DNA of 64,000 nucleotides, from assembly GCA_964645245.1 (NCBI GenBank), contig CAZYBS010000001.1, forward strand, positions 526 to 64,525, in the 5' to 3' direction. Below, in pieces: positions 38,216 through 48,994 of this stretch. The number at the start of each line of letters is the position of its first letter. Positions within the stretch are counted from its first letter, which is position 1. The notes beneath the pieces were generated by a model, which saw only the letters and a list, made by a program, of their open reading frames with translations, did not search any database and was not told where the DNA came from. The stretch is from an uncultured Candidatus Saccharibacteria bacterium. GTDB lineage: Bacteria > Patescibacteriota > Minisyncoccia > Phycocordibacterales > UBA9973. The position numbers and the translations under genes are program-made.

Positions 38216-40165
38216 TTATTCCACCACCACGCCTCCAGCCGGAGGAAAAGAGGGATCATTATCCAATTCCGCGCGAAGCGATGTTTTACTGACTCTCACA
38301 TCCACCTTAGCAAAATCATCATGTCCAGTCAAAATTACGTCATTGATAAGAACTGGAATGGTGCCAATTTGAGAAAGCGAAGGAGTAAATGAGACTTGAA
38401 AAGAAACTGCGCGGCTTGTGTTAGTGATACCGGTGCCTTTGGGAATTCTGCCGATGTTCCAAACTAGTTCTTTAGTGGAAGGGTTATAAGTTAAATCTTC
38501 ATCGGCCGGTGAAATAGGACCGACAAAACGCATCCACGAGGGGATGGTGGAATGGATAATACCTTTCGAAATATTGTTAGCCGTATTGGAAAGAGACCAG
38601 ACTATTGTATAAGTTGTTTCTTTTTCAACCCTGGGAGGCACAGGGCCTTTGTTGGTGAAAGGTCCCGAATAATAAAGCGCCTTAGCCGCCAGCCCGACGT
38701 CGGAAATAATTCGAACTGTTGAAGACTCAAAATTATTTAAATCTTTATTTGCATAGCCTTCAACTAACTGTTTGCCGGAAATAGAAACTTCTATATTAAT
38801 AGAAGGGTTAGAAAGTAGTCCGTCTGCAGCAGAGAACAATGAAAGCGATGAAACAGAGAAGCTGACAGACCCGGAATCACCAGGGTTTACTTCCGCAAAT
38901 TCATTTTGAGAATTTCTGTCCCAAGTTATTAGATTTTTTGAAGAATCATAAAAACCTTGTTGCGCATTTATTGTTTTGCGATTGACTGCATTGCCGGAAA
39001 TCTCCGCTCGAATAATTAAATCATTTACCTTGGTATCTAAATTATTTGTCCATTGAATTTCGCCATTAATTGGAGTCTTTGTATCGGTGGCATATTCTCT
39101 CTGATATACGCCATTGATAAAAAGCTTCGCCTCAATGAAGGGCTTTTTTATTGTAACCGTATGCGAAAGAGAGTTAAAAACTACATCAATCACCGATTTG
39201 TCCGATGCGGATTGCAACCCGGTTGATATGTGAAAACTTTTTTCTTCTCCGTCAAAAACATCAAGCATTTTACCAAGTATAGAAATACCACGCTCGGAGC
39301 CAGGAGCCAGATCTCCTAAACTCCAAATACTGTTTCCCAGAGAAGAGGCTGGAACAGATGACGTAAATTGAAACCCCGCCGGATAATTAAGTTTCAGGAG
39401 TATTTTGGAGGCTGGTTTAGTAGCGTTTAATGTCATTTTTATATTAAGAGTGATATCTTGATTTGGACTTATTGTCAGAGGAGCATCAACGGAAAGATTT
39501 ATGGGCGTAGAACTGATGGTAACTTCATAAGGTTTTTCCTTCACAAAAATAGCATTAGATCCTTCCACCCGGTACTCCAGAGAAATTTTTATAGGACGCC
39601 TGCTTCCTTGCTCGCCAAAAAGCACTATTTTTAGATTTTCATTGCGTACTGCTCCAGCCGGGATTGTACCTAATGATAAACGATTTCTCTCCGTCCCAGC
39701 CGATAAGTCCGCTTCAGAACCTGAAGAACTCTTGGGGTATTCCAGGACCAGATCAACTAAGTCTAACGGAGAATTATTTCTATTGGTAATCCCGACAATC
39801 AGCGACAGTTCTTCTCCCCCGGCAGTGAAATTGTTTCCAAGGATGGAAATATCAATATTGTCATTAGAAACAGTATTGCCTCCGGCCCAGAACACATAAG
39901 AGGCATAGAAAAGGGTTAAAATAAAAAAAGCTAGCGAAAAGATAAAAAAATTCTTGAACATAGAGGTTTTCATAAAAAATTTCTCGCCGGAATGGGAAGA
40001 ATCAAGGTCAACTTTCTTTCCATTTTCCCAGGCGTCCGGTACATCTTTTCTATTTAAATGTGTAAAGCTATCTCGGTGTTCTATCTTTGTTTGATAATTC
40101 TTACTGAAAAGCTTGCCCTTGAGTTCCTCAATTCTGTTTAGTTTATTTCTATCATTTAGTGGCAT
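38216..40165 (-). CDS. hypothetical large membrane-anchored extracytoplasmic protein
   Basis: 649 aa, single N-proximal TM (FFIFSLAFFILTLFYASYVFWAGG), beta-rich remainder. Confidence 0.45.
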   Translation of the reverse strand: MPLNDRNKLNRIEELKGKLFSKNYQTKIEHRDSFTHLNRKDVPDAWENGKKVDLDSSHSGEKFFMKTSMFKNFFIFSLAFFILTLFYASYVFWAGGNTVSNDNIDISILGNNFTAGGEELSLIVGITNRNNSPLDLVDLVLEYPKSSSGSEADLSAGTERNRLSLGTIPAGAVRNENLKIVLFGEQGSRRPIKISLEYRVEGSNAIFVKEKPYEVTISSTPINLSVDAPLTISPNQDITLNIKMTLNATKPASKILLKLNYPAGFQFTSSVPASSLGNSIWSLGDLAPGSERGISILGKMLDVFDGEEKSFHISTGLQSASDKSVIDVVFNSLSHTVTIKKPFIEAKLFINGVYQREYATDTKTPINGEIQWTNNLDTKVNDLIIRAEISGNAVNRKTINAQQGFYDSSKNLITWDRNSQNEFAEVNPGDSGSVSFSVSSLSLFSAADGLLSNPSINIEVSISGKQLVEGYANKDLNNFESSTVRIISDVGLAAKALYYSGPFTNKGPVPPRVEKETTYTIVWSLSNTANNISKGIIHSTIPSWMRFVGPISPADEDLTYNPSTKELVWNIGRIPKGTGITNTSRAVSFQVSFTPSLSQIGTIPVLINDVILTGHDDFAKVDVRVSKTSLRAELDNDPSFPPAGGVVVE

Positions 40166-40183
40166 TATGTAATTGTATCATAT

Positions 40184-40765
40184 TTATAAGTGTGTTTCTC
40201 TAAGAGCCTTGTTGATTTCGGAAAGTATTTTTGTTCTATCTTTTGAAACTTCAAATATGACACTTTCTTCAAACGGGAACTTGATAAGAGCATCAATCTT
40301 CTCATTCCCGCCTATATAACCAAGGTTGTTAAGTATCCGCAAAACAATAACTGCCTCAATATTGCGCAAATCTTCTTTTGTTTCAATCTTTTCCAAAATA
40401 GATAAACCCTGGAGTAGGTCGACAAATAAAGCTTCATTTGGTTCAACACCGGCCAATAAGCGTTTTAGCAAATGTGCAATGTTTGCCAAAATTTGAAAGT
40501 TTTCAGGCTGTTTAGCGATTTGCTCTAACCCATTTGTCTTCGATGCATTCGTTACCCGCCAAAAGTCTTTGCCTTGGACAAGATCAATTTTAAGATAGGC
40601 AAAATCTTGCAACACAAAACGCAATTTTGAAGACATTTTACGTACCCCTTGGGCCGAGGCCGTTATCATTCCTAAATCGCGAGTAAAAATGGAATAATGT
40701 TTTCCTGCTTCCCCAAAATTCTTACTTCCCAATATTATTCCTTCGGTGTGATAAATGTGATGCAT
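40184..40765 (-). CDS. recO: DNA repair protein RecO (probable)
   Basis: 193 aa, N-terminal OB-like region HTEGIILGSKNFGEAGKHYSIFTRDLGMITASAQGVRK typical of RecO. Confidence 0.55.
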   Translation of the reverse strand: MHHIYHTEGIILGSKNFGEAGKHYSIFTRDLGMITASAQGVRKMSSKLRFVLQDFAYLKIDLVQGKDFWRVTNASKTNGLEQIAKQPENFQILANIAHLLKRLLAGVEPNEALFVDLLQGLSILEKIETKEDLRNIEAVIVLRILNNLGYIGGNEKIDALIKFPFEESVIFEVSKDRTKILSEINKALRETHL

Positions 40766-40775
40766 TAGAATCCTT

Positions 40776-43700
40776 TTATTGTATCACAAAATTTTTCAAC
40801 TGCTCAATTACAGGGGCCACGGTTTTATCATTTATATCTTCCGGCCTGATTTTGCATTTTGAGAAAATCTGCTTTTCCATTTGCCTGACGGCATTTTCAA
40901 AGGCAATACGTTCGGGTGTATTGCCACCACGATGCTCGTAACGTTTTCTTAAGTCTAAAAATCTCTGTTCCAGGCTCACTACTCCGAAGGGAATTACGCG
41001 ATCGTCGCAGTATTCTACAATCTTTTTTCCATAATCAATGCCCAAGGCATTGCCTGGTGCGCCTAAAAAACTAATAGCTTTGATTAATTCTAAAACCTCA
41101 TCTGAAACTTGAAGTTCCTGTGCAATTTTCAGGCTAGCTGAATATTCATCATTGCCATACTTATTTACATATCCATCCTTCACTTTCTGCCAATATGATA
41201 AACCCTCCGGTTTCAAAAATTCAGGAAAAGAATCTAATTTAAACTTGAGAATATTCCCCATATCGTGGAGCAAGCATGCAGTAATAATTTCTTCTTTGTT
41301 TAAAGATTCATTAAAATTATCGCAAATCAATGATGCCACAGCCGCCACGCGGAGCATATGCTCCTGCAGACTAGGAATGATTTTATATTTTTTATATATT
41401 GTTTCAATACTCATGGCCATCTTATCGCCCGGAGCAAGTCCCATTTTCTTTCTCGTGTCTTGAAGCTCTCGCATAAAATCTCGATATTCCCCTTCAGCCC
41501 TAAGCTCTGGAGTGATTGTTGTATCCAGCCATACTTCTTCTGAAATATTTTTATCCTCCAAAATTCTTCCGACATTCAACTCCTCCTTCATGATCTCCAA
41601 AAATTCACCGCCCAACTTCAAACTTTTAACTTTTAACTCGCCAAGCGGTTGGCGAACTTTTATTCCGGTTTTTTGTCTGGCTTCGAGGCCTAGAGTCACA
41701 ATCTGCCTGACTGTTTCCATATTTTTCAAAACCTTATTCTTCTCTCCACTAAAAATGTCAAGGATACCCTTTAGCATTTTTGGCCACTCGCACAAATGCA
41801 CGCTCTCCTTGTCATCCTCATTTCTTAATTTCAGCCAAATATCCTCCGCCGCAAATGGAGCGAAGGGCGCGAGCAGTTTCGCCAGGTTTTTTAACACAAA
41901 ATATAAAGTTTGCTTTGCTTCTTTATCACCCTCTTTTATCCGTTCACGCGAGCGGCGCAAATACCAAGTGGAAAGGTCTCCTATAAAATCCCGCATAGCG
42001 CGCACCGGTTCAAGCAATTTATAATTGTCCAGATTCTTCGTCGTCATTTCCGTCAGCTCATCTAATCTGGCTAAAATCCAAACATCAAGAACATGTTTTG
42101 ATTTTGGTTTATCTCGACTTGCCCCGTACCGAGCTTGCTCTGGTATGGGGTAAAGCTCATAAAAGGCGAGCACGTTATAGAGTAACCCAAAGACCTGCTG
42201 GTGAAGCAAGGCTACAGTTCTTTCGTCAAAATTTTTAGACTCGCCGGGCTGATTCACCGAGTACATCCATAAGCGAAGCGTGTCCACGCCATACTTCCCT
42301 ATCATAACCCAAGGGTCAACAACGTTCCCCAGAGACTTAGACATTTTTTTGCCGGCGACATCCAAAAGGTGTCCTAGACAGGTTACATTTTTATAAGCCT
42401 TGCCTCGGCCCATTAGCACTCCCACAGCATGCAAGGTATAAAACCACCCGCGAGTCTGATCAACCGCCTCGCAGATAAAATCTGCTGGATATAGAATTTT
42501 TTTGGGGTCAAAAGGATAATGGTCTTGCGCAAATGGCATCGCGCCGGAATCAAACCAAACATCCATGACTTCTTTGGTACGTATTAAATTACCGCCACAA
42601 GAGCAGACAAGTGTAACCTTATCAATATACGGCCGGTGCAAATCAAGCTCATAATTTTCATTGTGCGGTAAGGGAATAAAATCAAACTCTTTAACTTCAG
42701 CATTCTGTAGGTAAATTAGAGGATTATTCTTAATTGACAACCCGCTAAATAACAAACCCTTTAGCACAAAACTTAATGCTCGAGTAGCTCCGTCATGGCC
42801 AACGATAAGAATATTTTTGTCAGAATATTTCTTTTCTAAATCATAAATAAAATCACCAATTCGTTTAACCACTTGAACAAAATTTTCTCCGTCGGATAAA
42901 ATTTCAAAAGGATCATTCAAATAATCTACATCATAGTATTTCCTAAATAAAGTTCGGTCTTTGCCTTCAAAAAATGAACTGGTCTCCCATTCTTGAACTC
43001 GTTCATCATAAATAACTTTTTCTAACGGAAAACCAATTTGTTCACAAGTTATTTTAGCGGTCTGTTTTGCCCGATTAAGTGGTGAAGAAATAATGACGTC
43101 AATTTTTCTGGCCAATTTTTGAGCACTTTCTAATACTTGTCTTTCTCCATTTTTTGTCAAATTCGCTTTATGTTCAGAATCTTGATGATGGAAATTATTT
43201 ACATTATTGTCAGCCTCTCCATGCCGCATCACAAAATATTTATTGCCGGATTTTTCGGTTTTTTCTCTTAAGCCGGCAATGCTGCCTATAACCTCAACCT
43301 TCTTGCAGGATTCGCAAACCCACACCGGCAGGGGCGTGCCCCAATACCGCTCACGGGATATTGCCCAGTCTTTTATTTCGCGAAGCCACTCGCCAAAACG
43401 CCCGTCCCGAATATGCGACGGCTCCCAATTAATTTCCCTATTTTCTTTTATCATCTGCTCTTTTATTCCTGGATTTGACATTTTGATATACCAAGAATCG
43501 CGGGCATAATAGATAAGTGGGGTTTGGCAACGCCAGCAATGTGGATATGAGTGCTGATAATTTTCTTTACTGAAGAATAAATTTTTGTCCGCTAGATATT
43601 TTATAATATCCAAATCTAAAGTGGGCTTGCCCGGCTCGCCATCTTTACTGATGTCTTTTTCTTTTACAAGCCTTCCTTCCAAAAATCCCGTGCCTTTTAT

Positions 43701-44768
43701 AAATTTGCCTTCAAGGTTTACCAAGTGATGCTTGGGCAGTCCCAGCTTTGTTCCCAATACAAAATCATCCTGCCCGTACATTACAGCAGTGTGCACAATT
43801 CCCGTACCTTCTTCTGTATTCACAAAATCTGCCGCATATACTTTGTAAGCTTTTTCCAGCTTAGACTTTTCACTTTCAGATATTGTGTCGGCAAGACACG
43901 GGAAAAGCGGCTCGTATTCCAAGCCAATCAAATCTTTGCCTTTCACCTCCTCTAAAATTTCATAGCCTTCGGTCAGTATTGAAACTCTTTCTTTGGCTAA
44001 AATTAATATTTCATTTCTAACTTTTACTTTTATATAAATAATATCTTCTTCCACCGCCAGTGCCACATTGCCAGGAAGAGTCCACGGAGTAGTGGTCCAT
44101 GCCAAAATGTAAGTATTCTCTTGCCCTTTTACTTTAAATTTAACTGTTACAGACAGATCCTTGTCGTCTTCGTATCCTTGTGCGAGCTCGTGCGAGGAAA
44201 GTACTGTACCACACCTTGGACACCATGGCACAACTTTATAATCTTTGTAGAGTAAATCCTGCTCATTTATTTTTTTGACCACATTCCAAAGAGATTCAAT
44301 ATAATCATTGTGATATGTCACATATGGGTTCTCCTGGTCCAGCCAATACCCGATACGCTTGGTAAATTTATTCCATACATCCAGATATTCCCAAACGCTT
44401 TCCTTGCATTTTTGATTAAACTTGGCAATGCTATATTCTTCAATCGCTTTTTTAGAATTCAATCCCAGCTTCTGTTCTGTTTGAATTTCTACCGCCAATC
44501 CATGCGTATCCCACCCGCCCTTGCGACGAACGTGATAGCCACACATTGTCTTGTATCGAGGAATTGCATCCTTAAATGCTCGCGCTTCCAGGTGATGAAT
44601 CCCCGGCTCACCATTGGCGGTCGGTGGACCTTCATAGAAAATAAATTCTTTTTTGCCTTCCGTTTGCCCCAAAGATTTTTCAAAAATTTTATTTTTCTGC
44701 CAAAATTCCAAAACAGCTTCTTCGCGGAAAGCGGCGTCAGATTTTTCATTTGTTCCCTTTTCAGCCAT
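40776..44768 (-). CDS. ileS: isoleucyl-tRNA synthetase (type 2) with internal histidine-phosphatase-like insertion and C-terminal HD-domain fusion
   Basis: PPTANGEPGIHHLEAR HIGH-like region, CP1 editing domain, KMSKSLGN; 1330 aa; RHGE...VGHDG module at aa ~508-700; LLHDMGN HD motif in last ~200 aa. Confidence 0.9.
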   Translation of the reverse strand: MAEKGTNEKSDAAFREEAVLEFWQKNKIFEKSLGQTEGKKEFIFYEGPPTANGEPGIHHLEARAFKDAIPRYKTMCGYHVRRKGGWDTHGLAVEIQTEQKLGLNSKKAIEEYSIAKFNQKCKESVWEYLDVWNKFTKRIGYWLDQENPYVTYHNDYIESLWNVVKKINEQDLLYKDYKVVPWCPRCGTVLSSHELAQGYEDDKDLSVTVKFKVKGQENTYILAWTTTPWTLPGNVALAVEEDIIYIKVKVRNEILILAKERVSILTEGYEILEEVKGKDLIGLEYEPLFPCLADTISESEKSKLEKAYKVYAADFVNTEEGTGIVHTAVMYGQDDFVLGTKLGLPKHHLVNLEGKFIKGTGFLEGRLVKEKDISKDGEPGKPTLDLDIIKYLADKNLFFSKENYQHSYPHCWRCQTPLIYYARDSWYIKMSNPGIKEQMIKENREINWEPSHIRDGRFGEWLREIKDWAISRERYWGTPLPVWVCESCKKVEVIGSIAGLREKTEKSGNKYFVMRHGEADNNVNNFHHQDSEHKANLTKNGERQVLESAQKLARKIDVIISSPLNRAKQTAKITCEQIGFPLEKVIYDERVQEWETSSFFEGKDRTLFRKYYDVDYLNDPFEILSDGENFVQVVKRIGDFIYDLEKKYSDKNILIVGHDGATRALSFVLKGLLFSGLSIKNNPLIYLQNAEVKEFDFIPLPHNENYELDLHRPYIDKVTLVCSCGGNLIRTKEVMDVWFDSGAMPFAQDHYPFDPKKILYPADFICEAVDQTRGWFYTLHAVGVLMGRGKAYKNVTCLGHLLDVAGKKMSKSLGNVVDPWVMIGKYGVDTLRLWMYSVNQPGESKNFDERTVALLHQQVFGLLYNVLAFYELYPIPEQARYGASRDKPKSKHVLDVWILARLDELTEMTTKNLDNYKLLEPVRAMRDFIGDLSTWYLRRSRERIKEGDKEAKQTLYFVLKNLAKLLAPFAPFAAEDIWLKLRNEDDKESVHLCEWPKMLKGILDIFSGEKNKVLKNMETVRQIVTLGLEARQKTGIKVRQPLGELKVKSLKLGGEFLEIMKEELNVGRILEDKNISEEVWLDTTITPELRAEGEYRDFMRELQDTRKKMGLAPGDKMAMSIETIYKKYKIIPSLQEHMLRVAAVASLICDNFNESLNKEEIITACLLHDMGNILKFKLDSFPEFLKPEGLSYWQKVKDGYVNKYGNDEYSASLKIAQELQVSDEVLELIKAISFLGAPGNALGIDYGKKIVEYCDDRVIPFGVVSLEQRFLDLRKRYEHRGGNTPERIAFENAVRQMEKQIFSKCKIRPEDINDKTVAPVIEQLKNFVIQ

Positions 44769-44800
44769 GATTGACTGATTTTAGCATATTATCCTTGTTT

Positions 44801-46513
44801 TTACATCTTCTCCGGAGCCTTGATGCCGAGGAGATGGAGACCTTTTTTCATCACAGAGGCAAAAGCAAAGGTAAGGGCCACTCTGTAAGGCGAAGTCGGG
44901 TCATCTTTATTTACAATGACCGTATTGCCGTAAAAGCTGTTATAGGCGCGCGCAAGTTCTATCAGATAGTTCGCAATGTAATGCGGTTCGTATTCTCTAG
45001 CAGAGCGCAGTACAACTTCTGGAAATCTATATAATAATTTTTCCACTTCGAAAATCTCGGTTAACAAAATATCGGGGTCCGGCAAGATATTTTCTTTTTT
45101 TGCCTTTTCCAAAACGGAATTTGCCCGGGCATAGGAATATTGCAAGTACGGCCCGGAATCTCCTTCAAAGGAAATAGAACTTTTAGAATCATAGACGGTA
45201 TCTCCGCCAGTGGCTTGTTTCAGAATAGAATATTTAAGAGCTGCAATGGAGATTTGTTCCGCAATTTTTTCATTTTCAATTTCCGTGAAATTTCCATCTT
45301 GCATTTTTTCACGGACAAGTGTTTTTGTATCACGAATTAATGTTTCACCGGTTATCACATTCCCTTTACGCGAACTCATTTTCCCAAAGGTAAAGCGCAT
45401 TACGCCATGAGTTATATGCAACATTTTGTTTTCATAATCTGGATGGATGAGAGAGATGGCCTTGGCAACCACTTTCATATAATCTGCTTGTTCATTGGCA
45501 GTAATTACAATAGATAAGCTCATATTGGGCACGGTTTTAAATTTCTCCACAGTCAAACCTAACTCTTTGGTCTCATAAGTGGGAAGACCCTGGGAAGTGA
45601 TAAAAACTCTGGTGTGAAGTTTTTCATCATATTCCCCACCCTCAAAGATAACTGCTCCATCGCTTTTGTGAAACACTTTGCCTAAATTATCCTTCACAAT
45701 CTGTTCACCAATCAATATCATCTCGCTCTCCAAAAAGTAAAAGTCAAACTGCGTGCCAAGCATATCGTATATGTCCTCAAAAGCTTTCATCGTTTCTTCT
45801 AAACCCCAGTCATATATTTGATTTATTTTTTCATCACTCCTATCATAAATTTTTTTATTTATTTCATCTATTTCTTTTTTCGCCTTAGGGTCATTTTCGT
45901 AAGCATTGGCGCCCAGAGCGTAAGCTTTGCCAATATTGGCGGCATGTATCGTATGATTTCCCGTTTTATCTTGCAATTTTTTATCTTTTTGAAGACCCCA
46001 TATCGCTCTAGCCACATGTAAGCCCACATCACCCTGATAATTTGCCCGGGATACAATAGCGCCGGAATGCTCAAGAATTCTAGCAATTGATTCACCGATT
46101 GCATTCGTTTTTAAGTGGCCAATATGGAAAGGCTTGAAAGGATTCGGGTCGGTATACTCAATCATTATTTTCTTGCCGGACAAAACAGCATTCGCCCCGA
46201 CATTTTCTCCTTTATTTAAAATTTCTTCAATACTCCCTGCAAAGAATTTACGGGACAAAAAGAAATTAATAAACCCTACAGAGGCTTCTATTTTCTCTAT
46301 GTATTTATCAGTATTTAATCTCAACATTTCCGCAACAATCTTATCCGCAAGCTCTTTCGGATTGGTTTTTGATGCCTTCGCGCAAACCATCGCAATATTC
46401 GTAGAATAATCTCCCATCTCTAAAATGCTCGGGTGTTCCAGGGAAATTTCTGTAACTGCTATATCCAGGTTTTCTAACGCATCTCGTATTAAATTTTTAA
46501 TTTTTTCCTGCAT
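44801..46513 (-). CDS. argS: arginyl-tRNA synthetase
   Basis: 570 aa, N-terminal Arg-tRNA-binding domain, class I catalytic core, DALR anticodon-binding C-terminus. Confidence 0.9.
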   Translation of the reverse strand: MQEKIKNLIRDALENLDIAVTEISLEHPSILEMGDYSTNIAMVCAKASKTNPKELADKIVAEMLRLNTDKYIEKIEASVGFINFFLSRKFFAGSIEEILNKGENVGANAVLSGKKIMIEYTDPNPFKPFHIGHLKTNAIGESIARILEHSGAIVSRANYQGDVGLHVARAIWGLQKDKKLQDKTGNHTIHAANIGKAYALGANAYENDPKAKKEIDEINKKIYDRSDEKINQIYDWGLEETMKAFEDIYDMLGTQFDFYFLESEMILIGEQIVKDNLGKVFHKSDGAVIFEGGEYDEKLHTRVFITSQGLPTYETKELGLTVEKFKTVPNMSLSIVITANEQADYMKVVAKAISLIHPDYENKMLHITHGVMRFTFGKMSSRKGNVITGETLIRDTKTLVREKMQDGNFTEIENEKIAEQISIAALKYSILKQATGGDTVYDSKSSISFEGDSGPYLQYSYARANSVLEKAKKENILPDPDILLTEIFEVEKLLYRFPEVVLRSAREYEPHYIANYLIELARAYNSFYGNTVIVNKDDPTSPYRVALTFAFASVMKKGLHLLGIKAPEKM

Positions 46514-46524
46514 AGTGTAAAAAG

Positions 46525-46947
46525 TTATTTCTTGCCAGTACTCCCAAACCCGCCTTCGCCCCGGGCAGATTCACTCAATTTATCAGTTTCTTCTAATTCT
46601 CCAACAACCACAGGCATAATTACAAGTTGAGAAACTTTATCACCCTCTTCAAAAGTGTACGACTTATCGGACAAATTCACTAAATGGGTATTATATTCAC
46701 CGCGGAAACCGGCATCAAAAACTCCGCCCATTGTATGCAATCCCGCTTTGGAAATGCTTCCTTTATCCATAACAATAGCCCCATACCCTTCCGGAAATTC
46801 AAGAGCAAACCCATGCCAAAAACGATGATGCCCCATAGGAAGAATCGTCACCGTCTCCATCGCATACATATCCATACCCACATCACCCGGATGATGATAT
46901 TTGGGCAATTTCGCACCCTCCTTAAGTTTTTTAACCTTTATTTTCAT
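46525..46947 (-). CDS. dut: dUTP diphosphatase
   Basis: 140 aa, dUTPase motifs (PGDVGMDMYA, GLHTMGGVFDAGFRGE). Confidence 0.85.
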   Translation of the reverse strand: MKIKVKKLKEGAKLPKYHHPGDVGMDMYAMETVTILPMGHHRFWHGFALEFPEGYGAIVMDKGSISKAGLHTMGGVFDAGFRGEYNTHLVNLSDKSYTFEEGDKVSQLVIMPVVVGELEETDKLSESARGEGGFGSTGKK

Positions 46948-46948
46948 A

Positions 46949-47653
46949 TTATTCTATAATCTTTTTAATCTTTCCATAAATTTTCTGATGGATATTTTTT
47001 CTGGTATCTATTCTATCACCAGAGGTGCATTCTATTTTCATCCAATTCTTTTGCGTCTTTGCCAGCCAAAGCGCGCTTTTGCGGGAATTTTCTAAAAATT
47101 TGACATCCTTCTCATGAACGTCGGTTTTTTTTGCTTTTTTCTTGCCTAAATAACTCCTATTGCTATTTTTATTTCGAGCACGAATCAATTTCAGCACAAT
47201 TGGGATCGGCACATTCAGATAAAACACTACATCCGGCTTTGGAATCTTGAAAACTTCATATTCCATTTCCGCCAGCCATTTAAGAAAACTCTTTCTTTTC
47301 TTTAAATTCGCGATTTTCCCGCCTTGATGAATCTGGTTGGCGCTGGCATATCTATTGGCTATGATAATATTTCCCTCTTTCAGCCATTTTTGGATTTTAC
47401 TTCTTGATTCAAAACGGTCTGCAGCGTAAAGGACAGAAACGATCTTCGGATGCACTTTCACAAAATTATAATACTGCTCGGAAAGGCAGTGCCCGATAAA
47501 TTTGCCGAAAAAATTTGAATAATAATCCGGGAAATCAACCACTTTTACCTTGTGGCCGTCTTCTTTCAAGTGCTTAATTAAAAGCTTTGTCTGCGTCGCC
47601 TTCCCGCTCCCATCCGTGCCGTCTATTACAATGAGTTTGCCCTTTTTTGCCAT
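46949..47653 (-). CDS. tmk: thymidylate kinase-like nucleoside monophosphate kinase
   Basis: P-loop LIVIDGTDGSGKATQ characteristic of dTMP kinase; adjacent to dut. Confidence 0.65.
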   Translation of the reverse strand: MAKKGKLIVIDGTDGSGKATQTKLLIKHLKEDGHKVKVVDFPDYYSNFFGKFIGHCLSEQYYNFVKVHPKIVSVLYAADRFESRSKIQKWLKEGNIIIANRYASANQIHQGGKIANLKKRKSFLKWLAEMEYEVFKIPKPDVVFYLNVPIPIVLKLIRARNKNSNRSYLGKKKAKKTDVHEKDVKFLENSRKSALWLAKTQKNWMKIECTSGDRIDTRKNIHQKIYGKIKKIIE

Positions 47654-47696
47654 CTAGAAAATATAGCAGAAAAAGGCTTAAATTGAAAATTATTTT

Positions 47697-48977
47697 TCAT
47701 ACGAACCGCTTTGGTATTGGGAACTTTTTAGCCAGAGCTTTGATTTCTTTATGCACAGATTCTTTTATTTTTTTATTATCTTTGTCTTTTAAAACTGTAA
47801 CCATCAGCTCGGCGATGCGTTCACATTCTTTTTCTTTTAATCCACGAGTAGTCATTGCGGGAGTACCAAGCCTTAAGCCACTAGGCCTGAAAGGGGGGTT
47901 GGGATCATCGGGAATCATGCTTTTATTAGTAGTAATGCCGACTGCATCCAGTATTTTTTCAACTTCCCCGCCCAGCATATTAAAAGACTTAACGCAATCA
48001 ATTACCATCATATGATTGTCGGTGCCGTCAGTAACCAGTTTGACCCCCATTTTCATCAATCTCGCCGCTAACTTCTTAGAGTTAACCAAAACTTGTTGTG
48101 CATATTTTTTGAATTTGGGTTTCGATGCTTCATCTAAAGCAACAGCAATCGCCGCAATGGTATGCATATGCGGTCCACCTTGTAAGCCGGGGAAAACACT
48201 TCGGTCTAAAACAGTAGGCAAATTTTCTTTGGTAATTTCAATTTCTTTAAGCGGATTTCCAACTTTCCCTTTGGAAAGTATCAAGCCCCCGCGGGGACCA
48301 CGCAGGGTCTTATGAGTCGTAGTGGTAACAATATCAAAACCGTAATCAAAGGGATTTCGCATCACTCCGGCCGCAACCAAACCTCCAAAGTGCGCTACGT
48401 CAGCCATCGTGAAAGCCCCTACTTCATCAGCCACACGCTTGAAAATAGAGTAATCTAAATCTCTCGGGTAACTGGTATAGCCACAAAGAATTACTTTTGG
48501 TTTGTGTTCTTTTGCCATGGCCAAAAGCTCGTCAAAATCAATCCTCCCTTTGTCTTCAGGATGTGTTTTATAGCGCACCCAATTGAATAGCTTACCCATA
48601 TGAGAAACTGGGTGCCCATGAGTTAAATGTCCACCATGTGATAGATCCATACCCATAATTGTGTCCCCTGGCTTCATGAGTCCAAGATAGACTGCCTGAT
48701 TCATTGGGGAACCCGAGAGTGGCTGCACATTAGCATGGTCGCATTTAAATAATTTCTTGGCGCGTTCTATGGCTAAATTCTCTAATTGATCAGTAAATTC
48801 CTGCCCGCCATAATAACGCCGCCCCGGATAGCCTTCGGAATATTTGTTGGTGAAAACAGAACCATTCGCTTTCAAAACATCCTCCGATACGTAATTTTCG
48901 GATGGGATAAGCTCAAAACTTTCTGCTTGTCTCTTTTTCTCTCCTTTTATTAGTTTTTCCACTAGTTTATCCCGCAT
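47697..48977 (-). CDS. glyA: serine hydroxymethyltransferase
   Basis: LIPSENYVS..., GGHLTHG, PLP-lysine region TTTTHKTLRGPRGG. Confidence 0.95.
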   Translation of the reverse strand: MRDKLVEKLIKGEKKRQAESFELIPSENYVSEDVLKANGSVFTNKYSEGYPGRRYYGGQEFTDQLENLAIERAKKLFKCDHANVQPLSGSPMNQAVYLGLMKPGDTIMGMDLSHGGHLTHGHPVSHMGKLFNWVRYKTHPEDKGRIDFDELLAMAKEHKPKVILCGYTSYPRDLDYSIFKRVADEVGAFTMADVAHFGGLVAAGVMRNPFDYGFDIVTTTTHKTLRGPRGGLILSKGKVGNPLKEIEITKENLPTVLDRSVFPGLQGGPHMHTIAAIAVALDEASKPKFKKYAQQVLVNSKKLAARLMKMGVKLVTDGTDNHMMVIDCVKSFNMLGGEVEKILDAVGITTNKSMIPDDPNPPFRPSGLRLGTPAMTTRGLKEKECERIAELMVTVLKDKDNKKIKESVHKEIKALAKKFPIPKRFV

Positions 48978-48994
48978 GTTTGCACTATAACAGA

